A stretch of 35,364 nucleotides of DNA from the IMG/VR virus record IMGVR_UViG_3300044983_000134, positions 1 through 35,364 of that record; one strand, written 5' to 3'. Below the pieces are notes generated by a model. It was not told the DNA's origin, did no database searches, and saw only the letters and a program-made list of their open reading frames with translations. This DNA comes from a virus. Its lineage: Duplodnaviria; Caudoviricetes. Below, one piece after another: positions 9,126 to 16,560 of the stretch; the first letter of the stretch is position 1, and each line of letters starts with the position of its first letter. A program made the translations under genes and the position numbers.

Positions 9126-9589
9126 CAGACCATCGCTCCCGCGTAAGTGCGCGACGGCGGCACATCCGCGACGGGTTGTGGAGCGGCCCCGACGATCTGC
9201 GCGCCCTTCGCCTGCGCCTGCGCGATGATCGGGTCGCCTTCCGCGAACTGTTTCGTCGTGCCATCCGGCGCGCGCAGCGTGATGAGTTTGCCCGTGCTCG
9301 GGCCGGTCGGCGTCTGGAATTGCGCGGGCGGCCGCAGCGCGGCGAGATACGGCGACGCGCCGAGGAGTTTCGAGGCCGCCTGCGTCGCCGTGCTGCCGGC
9401 GTCCACGTAGGGCTTGAGGCGACCGCTCACGTCGGCATACTGCTGCTTCGTGAAGTCCAGCGCCTGCTGCGTCGACTGCGCCTGCTGCGCCGAGGCTTCC
9501 TTGATGGCGTCGGCTTGCTTCTTCGCGCCGAGGTAGTTGAAGACGCCCCCGATGCCGCCGCCGATCAGATCTATGGGGCTAACGGGCAC
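9125..9589 (-). CDS. DNA transfer protein, gp7-like N-terminal half
   Basis: GGAGG SD + GTG; Gly-rich hydrophobic start, then KKQADA...QQY...LKPYVDAG..A typical of gp7-like N-termini. Confidence 0.7.
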   Translation of the reverse strand: MPVSPIDLIGGGIGGVFNYLGAKKQADAIKEASAQQAQSTQQALDFTKQQYADVSGRLKPYVDAGSTATQAASKLLGASPYLAALRPPAQFQTPTGPSTGKLITLRAPDGTTKQFAEGDPIIAQAQAKGAQIVGAAPQPVADVPPSRTYAGAMV

Positions 9590-9974
9590 AAGCTACCTCC
9601 GTCGTAAACAAGCCCTTCACGCGCAGCCGCGGCGCGCGGATCGCCCACGCGTGCAAGCGCGGTGTCGTCGGATACACCGACGCGCGCCGCGCGCCGAGCG
9701 TGCCGAGGACGCGACGAATCCGCCGCCAGAGCCGCAGCGCGACGCGTCCCGTGCGGAACGCCGGATGCACCCAGACGCCATCGATATGCGCGTGGCGGTC
9801 AGGCGTCTGAAACACGACGGCGACCCCGACGATCTGCGAGCCGAGTTCTTCCACGAGCACCGATCCGCGTTCTGCATCGGTGGCCCGCACGGCGCACGCA
9901 CCCGTCTCACGTAAGCGCGGCCATTCCTCCGGCGGCAACACGCGCGAGACTAGGCCGACGCCGTGATCAACCAT
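9579..9974 (-). CDS. GNAT-fold acetyltransferase-like virion assembly protein (P22 gp14 position)
   Basis: IVGVAVV...HIDGVWVHPAFRTGRVALRL acetyl-CoA-binding motif A; exact start uncertain. Confidence 0.7.
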   Translation of the reverse strand: MVDHGVGLVSRVLPPEEWPRLRETGACAVRATDAERGSVLVEELGSQIVGVAVVFQTPDRHAHIDGVWVHPAFRTGRVALRLWRRIRRVLGTLGARRASVYPTTPRLHAWAIRAPRLRVKGLFTTEVACAR

Positions 9975-10387
9975 GTGGCCCCAGTATAAACCATGAGTTT
10001 GCTGTTCCAGCGCGCCGCGAGCCCTTGCGTCGCTGCGCCGTCGATGGTCGCGCCGTTGCCGTCGATGGTCACGGCGTTGCCGGAGGCGTCGGTTTTCTTC
10101 ACAATCACGCTGCTGCCAGACGTGGGCGACGCGGGCAGCTTCACGGTCGTCGCGCCGAGCGTGGCGTCCACGGCCACGAGCTCGCCCGCCTCCGCGATAT
10201 AGCCAGAGTCCGCAAACGTGAGCGCCACGGGCATCCAGACGACGTGATGCTGCGGGAAGGCGGTCAGGAAGTTCTTGAGCTGCACGAAGAACCGCTGCCA
10301 CACGTCCGCGAAGAACCCCGGCCGATGGTCATCGAGGAACGTATACGCGAGCGGAGGGTCCGGCGTGAGCGGGTTTGGGGCGGCCAT
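9950..10387 (-). CDS. Tail needle-like protein with C-terminal knob (gp26 position)
   Basis: N-terminal P..WQRFFVQL motif; knob-like VDATLGATTVKLPA..GSSVIVKKTD.SGNAVTIDG..IDG; GGAGG SD. Confidence 0.65.
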   Translation of the reverse strand: MAAPNPLTPDPPLAYTFLDDHRPGFFADVWQRFFVQLKNFLTAFPQHHVVWMPVALTFADSGYIAEAGELVAVDATLGATTVKLPASPTSGSSVIVKKTDASGNAVTIDGNGATIDGAATQGLAARWNSKLMVYTGATWLITASA

Positions 10388-10388
10388 G

Positions 10389-10514
10389 CTAAGATGCCTC
10401 CGCTGTCACGGCTGCGGCTCGTTGCGGGAGGCATACCCGCGCAAAGGCGAGCGACGCATCATGCCGGTTCGGCTGTGTGGTCCCGAGCAGGGCAGCAATC
10501 GGGATGCTCCGCAT
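10389..10514 (-). CDS. Possible 41-aa coupled mini-ORF
   Basis: TGATG coupling to the tail hub stop; exactly fills the gap to the needle gene. Confidence 0.35.
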   Translation of the reverse strand: MRSIPIAALLGTTQPNRHDASLAFARVCLPQRAAAVTAEAS

Positions 10515-11989
10515 CAATACTGCCCCGTCCCCGCCTGCGCCCGCAGATACAGCCCCGGCCCGAACGCGCGCTTCACGGGGTCGCTGCCGCTGATCCGCGC
10601 GACGAGCTTGTTCGCCATCGCCTGCCCGCACCGCGTCCACACGGCGCGGTCGTTGTAATCCGACTGGGCGCCGTAGGTCGTGTCGATCGGCGGTCCGAAG
10701 GTGCGCGCGCCGTCATCGGAGAGCGTCAGCCACATCGTCGGGTCGCTGCCCTGACCGGACGGCAATCCGACGCCTGCTTCGACGCCGAGTTCGATCTGGT
10801 CCATGACGAGGATCTGGTTCTCCGCGCTGAGATACGGCGCGGTGCGCTCCCATGGCAGCGGCTCGTCGTTCTCCGTGTAGGTGTCGAGGTCGAGCGCGTA
10901 GAGGTTCCCCGTCTGGTAGTCGCCGCAGAGCAGCACGCCGTCGGCGTTACAGAGGCCGCGCGCGCGCCAGCGCGTCTTCGTCGCCGAGGCGCCGATCCAC
11001 GAGAAGCGCCGATGCCATGCGCTCTCTGTGTCGTCGTAACACCACGTCCAACCGTGCGCCGTGAGGTTCGGCACGGTCAGCGCGCACATCGTGTGCCCCT
11101 GCTGCTCGTAGGCCAGCATCTCGGCCGTGAGGAGCGTGTCCGCTTGGGCGAGCGAGTAATCGATCGCGGGCGTCGAGACTTTCTGCGGATTCGGCGTCGT
11201 CGCCTTCACGACGCGCGCATGGCCTTGATTGTCCTGCGACAGCCACATCACCGTCTCGCCCACGACCGTAATCGCCCACGGCGAGGTCGCGCCTTCCTGC
11301 ATGACAGTCGAGGGATACGGCTGGAAGGGGTTATCCGTGTCGCCCGTGTCGTAGTAGACGACGCTCGTTTGCGTCTGGAACACCCAGAGCCGATCCGCGA
11401 GGACTTCAATGCCGACGACGTTCGTCGACTGCAGCGACACGGCGAAGAAATCGAGCGCGTTCCACGACGTGCCGTCCTCGAGCGCCGAAAACCAGACGCG
11501 CAACGTGTTCTTCTCCGTGAGGAGAAAATAGCCGTCCATGTAGCGCACGACTTGCGGCACGTTCGTCAGCGGCAGCGCGATCGTCGCGCTCAGGACCATC
11601 GTGAGGAGATTCAGAATCTTCAGTTCGCCTCCGGTCACGATCGCGAGCTGCTGGCCGCCCTGCCCGTTGCTCGCCATTGAGACGGGCGAGAGGTCGTTGG
11701 CGACCGTCCCGACGCGATACAGCGCCGGCACGCTCAGATCGACGCGATAGACGCCCGCGCCGATGACGGCAATCGTTAGGCCGTCCTGCGAGAACGTGCC
11801 GCGGCAGACGATTTCGCCGTCGGGCGTGCTGATGATCTTGCGCAACCCAGGCGTGCCGAGCAGCATCTGCCGCTTCGCGTTCTTGGTTTCCTCGATGGTT
11901 TCGAGAAACAGGTTCTCGCACGTCTCCGCCGCCATGACAGGCGAGTGCGCGAGATACGCGGGGCCGATGAAGTTGGGCCAGAGGGCCAT
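10514..11989 (-). CDS. Tail hub / packaged-DNA stabilization protein (P22 gp10-like)
   Basis: Motifs ENLFLE..LLGTPGL, VSMASNG, YMDGYF, YEQQGH, TWCYD..WH, GDYQTGNLY, LSDDGARTFG..GAQSDY..RAVW. Confidence 0.9.
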   Translation of the reverse strand: MALWPNFIGPAYLAHSPVMAAETCENLFLETIEETKNAKRQMLLGTPGLRKIISTPDGEIVCRGTFSQDGLTIAVIGAGVYRVDLSVPALYRVGTVANDLSPVSMASNGQGGQQLAIVTGGELKILNLLTMVLSATIALPLTNVPQVVRYMDGYFLLTEKNTLRVWFSALEDGTSWNALDFFAVSLQSTNVVGIEVLADRLWVFQTQTSVVYYDTGDTDNPFQPYPSTVMQEGATSPWAITVVGETVMWLSQDNQGHARVVKATTPNPQKVSTPAIDYSLAQADTLLTAEMLAYEQQGHTMCALTVPNLTAHGWTWCYDDTESAWHRRFSWIGASATKTRWRARGLCNADGVLLCGDYQTGNLYALDLDTYTENDEPLPWERTAPYLSAENQILVMDQIELGVEAGVGLPSGQGSDPTMWLTLSDDGARTFGPPIDTTYGAQSDYNDRAVWTRCGQAMANKLVARISGSDPVKRAFGPGLYLRAQAGTGQY

Positions 11990-13141
11990 TTAGTTCGTGA
12001 TGTAGCTGCCGGTGATGCGAATCTGATCCGTGCCGCTAAAATTCGTATTGTCGAGCGCGGCCACGGAACCAGTCGCCACCATAAAGAGCTGCAACGTGGT
12101 CGCATTCGGGAGGACGAGTCCGATAGGAAGCTGCGTGACCGTCACGGCCATCCCATTCGGATAGACCGCAAACGTCGGCGCGACGTTTGCCACATTTGCC
12201 GCAGCGACAGGCAAGCCGGTAATCGTGGCCGCGCCAGTCGAAGAGCCCTTCGAGGAGAGCACGATGTTGATGGTGAACGTCACGACGTTACCGTTGACCA
12301 CATACCGCCCGACTTGCAGTGTGTAGGTGATGCCGGTCGTGCCGCCCCCGAACGCGACGGCGGGGGTAAACGACGTGCCGTTGCCAAGGGCCGAGGCCGC
12401 ACAGGTCGGATCAACGCTCGCGCTGCTCCATGTCAGGACGCAGTTGGTGCCGCCGGGAATCGCTGTCGGCGCGCTCGTGCCGTTCCCGACGTAGACGTTA
12501 TGGGCCGCGAGGGTCGCCAGCCCCCAGCCTCCTTGCGTGACCGGCAACGCCGAGGCCAGATGCGTTGCCGTGACCTGGTAGGAGGTATTGATATCGACGC
12601 CAGTTGACGCGATGGACGTGTCCTTATAGGCGCTTGTGACCGTCGTGCACGTGGGGACGCCACTCGTCGAGACGGCCGTGACGACTTGATTCGTGCAGGT
12701 GCCACCTGTGACGCCGCCCCCGTTGCCAGCTCCGCCGCCGCGCGCCGACCAGCCGCGCGTCACCGTGACCGTGGCCGTGCCGCTCGAGCGCGTCGTGAAA
12801 TCCACGCAGACCGACAGGAACCCCGGATTGCTCAGGCCGAAGTTGCCGTTCGCCGTCGTGGTCGTGACGGGCGTGGTGCCGGAGGCGAGGTTCGTGACCT
12901 GCACGGCCACCCACGTCGATCCGTCCGTCGTGCCGTAGAACGTCAGCGTGCCGGACCATGTGCCGGTGATGCCGAAACTGACACTCGCCGCGTTGCCGAC
13001 GTTCACCGCGATGAACGCGTTCGTCGTGCTGCACGCCGATGAGGATTGCGCACTGAGGGTGGTCGGTTGGCCGATGACCTGCGCGCGCGCCGTCGCCGTG
13101 AGGCTAAGCGCGAGGAGCAGAGCGTAGAGCACACGTCGCAT
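11990..13141 (-). CDS. Tail fibre/spike-like protein with N-terminal signal peptide (383 aa)
   Basis: AGGAG SD + ATG 13141; MRRVLYALLLALSLTATARA|Q; LPVTQGGWG fibre motif; C-terminal GRYVVNGNVVT..ITGLPVAA..IRITGSY tail-fibre-type domain. Confidence 0.8.
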   Translation of the reverse strand: MRRVLYALLLALSLTATARAQVIGQPTTLSAQSSSACSTTNAFIAVNVGNAASVSFGITGTWSGTLTFYGTTDGSTWVAVQVTNLASGTTPVTTTTANGNFGLSNPGFLSVCVDFTTRSSGTATVTVTRGWSARGGGAGNGGGVTGGTCTNQVVTAVSTSGVPTCTTVTSAYKDTSIASTGVDINTSYQVTATHLASALPVTQGGWGLATLAAHNVYVGNGTSAPTAIPGGTNCVLTWSSASVDPTCAASALGNGTSFTPAVAFGGGTTGITYTLQVGRYVVNGNVVTFTINIVLSSKGSSTGAATITGLPVAAANVANVAPTFAVYPNGMAVTVTQLPIGLVLPNATTLQLFMVATGSVAALDNTNFSGTDQIRITGSYITN

Positions 13142-13149
13142 GAAAACTC

Positions 13150-13905
13150 CTATTTGATTTGTCCCGTAGGCCAGAAGAAATCCGGCCGGTGATGCTGCCC
13201 GCCCGGCATCCCGCCATCGCGCGTGACGAGCGTCGGGACCATGATGTTGTTGCCGAAGAACTGCGCCCGCGCTTCGCGCGCGAGCTTCTCGACCTGGGGC
13301 GGCACCGCGCGCCCGAAGCTGCTGCACAGCGCCTCGACGAGCGTCAGCCGGAACGCGCGCTGGCCGCCTGGCGGCAGGTCGATCGTGTCGTTCTCCGTGA
13401 CCTGCGCGTAAAGCGTGCGCGAGACGAGGACGATGTCATACGCCGTCGTCGGCGCCGGGAACATGAACAGCTTCCCGTTGGGCCAGTCCGGCTGGTAGTA
13501 GATGTCGGTGACGATGCTGCTCGTGATCGTATTCGCGTAGTTCTGATTCGCCGTCGAGTTCGCCAGCCACCACTGGTAGTCGCGGATGTTAATAGGATTC
13601 TTGACGGCCGGCGTGACGTTGGTGATGAGGAGCGATGCGCCATCGAGCGACACGGGCCGCACGGCGAGCGTGAAATTCGCCCCCGTCGGCCCGATGGTGT
13701 GCGGCTGGGTGCCGGGGATCAGCGTGAACGTGCTGAAGACCTGCGCCCAGACCGTCTCCCGCTTCGCGTTCCAGAAATCGCGGAGCTCGTTGAGAATCGA
13801 GAGACACCACACGCCGTCGCGCGCCGTGGGGCTCCGCCCCGGCAGGAGCACGTTGAGCTCGTTCAACGCCCCAGAGATGTAATCCGCGACGGAAATGGCG
13901 GCCAT
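13150..13905 (-). CDS. Head-to-tail adaptor (P22 gp4-like position)
   Basis: DYISGALNELNVL..G.SPT..D...L..LN...D.W; IYYQPDWPNGKLFMFPAP; IDLPPG motifs. Confidence 0.8.
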   Translation of the reverse strand: MAAISVADYISGALNELNVLLPGRSPTARDGVWCLSILNELRDFWNAKRETVWAQVFSTFTLIPGTQPHTIGPTGANFTLAVRPVSLDGASLLITNVTPAVKNPINIRDYQWWLANSTANQNYANTITSSIVTDIYYQPDWPNGKLFMFPAPTTAYDIVLVSRTLYAQVTENDTIDLPPGGQRAFRLTLVEALCSSFGRAVPPQVEKLAREARAQFFGNNIMVPTLVTRDGGMPGGQHHRPDFFWPTGQIK

Positions 13906-13908
13906 CGG

Positions 13909-14247
13909 CTACCGGCGCTTCCCCTTCGGCGCACCGCTGTCATCGGTCGCGTCGGCGTCGGCCTCCGGCAGCGCCTCGTCTTCCGGCAGCGTCTCGTTCT
14001 GCGTGCGGTGCGGCTTGCCGTGCGTCGCGGCGCTCTCGGCCTCGAGCGGCGTCTTGAACCAGCCCGCCTTCAGCCACTGCGCCTGCTCCTTCTCGTTCTC
14101 CACGCGCTTGTGCGCGAACGTGCCCTGCGCGCCGTCCACGCCCGGCGTGAACTTGTGCACCATCGCGGGCCACGCCACGTAGACGCGGTTCGCCTGCACG
14201 ACCTTGTTGATATCCGTGTCCGGCTCTTTCGGGGTCACTGTCGCCAT
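13909..14247 (-). CDS. Small head-operon protein (112 aa)
   Basis: GAGGAG SD; WPAMVHK...VENEKEQAQWLKAGW followed by an acidic/basic tail. Confidence 0.7.
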   Translation of the reverse strand: MATVTPKEPDTDINKVVQANRVYVAWPAMVHKFTPGVDGAQGTFAHKRVENEKEQAQWLKAGWFKTPLEAESAATHGKPHRTQNETLPEDEALPEADADATDDSGAPKGKRR

Positions 14248-14277
14248 TGGTCAGTCTCCTCAGATAGCTAATTTAAA

Positions 14278-14293
14278 TGGTATACTTAAGCTA
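14278..14293 (+). promoter_or_regulatory. Extended -10 promoter (TGgTATACT), probable leaderless HNH transcript
   Basis: TG 14278-79, TATACT 14281-86, ATG 14293 six nt later, no SD. Confidence 0.65.
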
Positions 14294-14811
14294 TGGCAGC
14301 CCCGCCGAACAAGCTGAACTGCATCGGTATGCGCTTTGGACGTCTCGTTGTATTGAGCGATGCGCCAAGGCACACAAGTAATCATAACCGCAGAGTTAAT
14401 TGTCGATGCGATTGCGGCGCTGAGAAATCTGTATATCTCGGGGCTCTTCGATCTGGCCAGACCGTTTCGTGTGGGTGTTTTCACATGGAACGATTGATCG
14501 CTGATAACACCACGCACGGACATGCAAGAAGCAGCGAATACAGAAGTTATAACGCAGCTAAGACTCGCTGTTCTAATCCTCGGCAGCCCGGATGGAAAAA
14601 CTACGGAGGCCGCGGTATTTCGATGTGCCAGCGTTGGCAAGATTCTTTCCAGAATTTCTTGGACGACATGGGACCGAAGCCCAATCCATCGTATTCCATT
14701 GACCGCATCGACAATGACGGACCTTACGATCCGTCGAATTGCCGATGGGCGTCGAGAAGTCAGCAGGCTAAAAATCAACGCCGCCGTCCTCGGAAAAAGT
14801 CACCCACTTAG
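14293..14811 (+). CDS. Free-standing HNH homing endonuclease
   Basis: [46 protein letters not shown]; lower GC; antisense to the operon. Confidence 0.92.
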   Translation: MAAPPNKLNCIGMRFGRLVVLSDAPRHTSNHNRRVNCRCDCGAEKSVYLGALRSGQTVSCGCFHMERLIADNTTHGHARSSEYRSYNAAKTRCSNPRQPGWKNYGGRGISMCQRWQDSFQNFLDDMGPKPNPSYSIDRIDNDGPYDPSNCRWASRSQQAKNQRRRPRKKSPT

Positions 14812-15751
14812 CTACGCCAAGACTCAAAAAAACAGTGGGCAACATCAAGTGGTGGAAATGCGGGGCTTCGCTGAGCGGCACGAGCAGCCGCGGCAGCCAC
14901 GCGAGCAGCACGCCGCCGACGACCAGCGCCGTCCAACGCGGCGCGCGCGCCAGTCCGATCCCGACGAGCGACGACAGGAGCACGAGCGGTCCCCACGACG
15001 TTGTCTCCGGGTCGATGCTCAGCCGCCACGGCGGTGTCAGCAGCAGCCCCGCGAGGTCGCGCAGGCCCGTCAGGACCGGCGGTGCGGTCAACGTCCCGAC
15101 GTGCGCGGCGAGGCCCACGAGGACACCGCCGAGCGCCGTCAGGCACCAGACGAGCAGCCAGCCGAGCGGCCACGGTTCGTCGATCCACCACGCCCACGCG
15201 GGCAGGAGGAGCCATGCGGCGACGCCGGATTCCTTCGCGGCGACCGCGGCCACGGCCGCGAGCCACGCCCAGCCGAACCGGCCGCGCTCGATTGCCAGCG
15301 CGCCCCAGAGCACGGCGAGCGTCATGAGAACATCCGCCCGCGCCGCGGCGTAGGCGACCGCCTCGACCTGCCACGGGGCGAGGAGAAACAGCGCCGCCGC
15401 GAGCACCGCGCCCCGCGGCGCGATCACGGTCAGCCCGAGCGCGTAGACCAGCGCGCCGGCGGCGAGGTGCAGCGCCAGCGACGCGGCATGCTGCCGGACT
15501 GGCGAGAAGCCCACGCTCCGGTCCACGAGGCGCGTCAGCGCGCGCGCGGGACGGACGGCGGCGTCATGGAGCTCGATGCGCCAGCCCTGCCACGCGCGAT
15601 AGGTCGTGTTGAGGTCGTTCAGGTCTTCGTAGACGAACGCCGCGGAGCGCACATGCGGCGCGTAGAGGCACGCCGTCACAGCGAGGCACACCACGAGGCC
15701 CACGGCGGGACCGTGCAGAGATCGGAAGAGGGGGACGTGGCGAGTATCCAT
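14768..15751 (-). CDS. Multi-pass GT-C glycosyltransferase, TMTC-like (membrane part)
   Basis: Ordered TMTC-like motifs: Y....[60 protein letters not shown]; many TM helices; start uncertain (ATG 15751 or a downstream GTG). Confidence 0.78.
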   Translation of the reverse strand: MDTRHVPLFRSLHGPAVGLVVCLAVTACLYAPHVRSAAFVYEDLNDLNTTYRAWQGWRIELHDAAVRPARALTRLVDRSVGFSPVRQHAASLALHLAAGALVYALGLTVIAPRGAVLAAALFLLAPWQVEAVAYAAARADVLMTLAVLWGALAIERGRFGWAWLAAVAAVAAKESGVAAWLLLPAWAWWIDEPWPLGWLLVWCLTALGGVLVGLAAHVGTLTAPPVLTGLRDLAGLLLTPPWRLSIDPETTSWGPLVLLSSLVGIGLARAPRWTALVVGGVLLAWLPRLLVPLSEAPHFHHLMLPTVFLSLGVAKWVTFSEDGGVDF

Positions 15752-16020
15752 CGGAGATGCTGTCGGACCAACGACGTAACGATCGCCGCGTCGGCCGGAT
15801 GCCGCAGCGCCCGCGAGAGCGCCTCGATATCCCACGCGATCGCGGTGTCCACGTCGCCCTCCACGAGCGCGACGCGGGCACGGTTAACGGCGGCGCGCGG
15901 CGTGTCGGTCACGCGCACGGCCGCCTTCCAGAGAGTGCGGTCGGACGACCACATCGGCAGCGTCTGCGTGGTCGCCCACACACACGCACCGACGAGGATC
16001 AGCCCGACCGCCGATCGCAT
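15676..16020 (-). CDS. TM + TPR-like protein corresponding to the C-terminal part of TMTC-like enzymes (114 aa)
   Basis: TGATG coupling; TM helix, then TTQTLPMWSSDRTLWKAAVRVTDTPRAAVNRARVALVEGDVDTAI..EAL, matching 'T..RN..W.d..tLW..a....P..RA..NlG' plus TPR. Confidence 0.72.
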   Translation of the reverse strand: MRSAVGLILVGACVWATTQTLPMWSSDRTLWKAAVRVTDTPRAAVNRARVALVEGDVDTAIAWDIEALSRALRHPADAAIVTSLVRQHLRWILATSPSSDLCTVPPWASWCASL

Positions 16021-16547
16021 CAGTTCAGGTTCTTCAACAGCGAGTTGTAAGTCCCGAGCTGGTTGTTCGTCCACGTCCACTGCGCCGACGTGTTCGGCGC
16101 CGCGGTGCCGAACGCGCGACAGAGATACACGTTGCCGGTCAGGATGTCGATGAGCGGCAGATACGCGTAGTCCGTCACCGTGCAGCGCCCGAACAGCTTC
16201 CGGCCAAGGCCATCGGTGGCCCCGACCTGGAACATCGTCACCGGCCCCCAAAAAATCACCGAGGACGCGGCGTGCAGTTCCGGCGGCGTGGACGCGACGC
16301 AGCGCGAGGCGACGACGGTCGTGGACGACGGCACGCTGTTCACGTTGAACAGCTCCGAGTCCATGTAGAACTGCATACCCGCCGCCCAGCCGGACGTAGA
16401 TCCGACCGTCAGCGTGCGGTTGGTGCAGTTCCGATCAGTGATCGCGGTCGTCAGCGTCGTGGTCGTGTTGTAGGTCTGCGCTGAGGCAGACCCCGTGAGG
16501 GCCATCAGGACGGCGATGGCGATGAGCGAGCGCATCAGTGTGTTCAT
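16020..16547 (-). CDS. Signal-peptide-bearing Thr-rich beta protein, candidate capsid decoration protein (175 aa)
   Basis: AAGGAG SD favours ATG 16547; MNTLMRSLIAIAVLMALTGSASA|Q; TTLTTAI..LTVGSTSG..DSELFNV..SR...H beta-domain pattern; immediately after the coat gene. Confidence 0.7.
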   Translation of the reverse strand: MNTLMRSLIAIAVLMALTGSASAQTYNTTTTLTTAITDRNCTNRTLTVGSTSGWAAGMQFYMDSELFNVNSVPSSTTVVASRCVASTPPELHAASSVIFWGPVTMFQVGATDGLGRKLFGRCTVTDYAYLPLIDILTGNVYLCRAFGTAAPNTSAQWTWTNNQLGTYNSLLKNLN

Positions 16548-16560
16548 GGTCATCTCCTTC

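Noticed and set aside
9662-11680. 672-aa plus-strand ORF (also 14522..16153, 20449..21873, 7306..8403, 13159..14271)
   Set aside because: Arg/Ala-rich shadow ORFs antisense to well-supported structural genes, expected in high-GC DNA
14260-14778. 172-aa minus-strand ORF that would continue the late operon
   Set aside because: Exact antisense of the motif-complete HNH gene; no recognisable features
14768-15751. GtrABC-type O-antigen conversion gene
   Set aside because: No GtrA flippase or GtrB GT2 partner; motifs and TPR partner are TMTC-like; sits inside the head operon. Modification of a host surface target cannot be fully excluded
15676-15835. Frameshift fusing the TPR gene and GT-C gene into one circularly permuted protein
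   Set aside because: No clear slippery site, and a periplasmic TPR followed directly by TM1 would invert the expected GT-C topology; two genes is simpler, though reads should be checked
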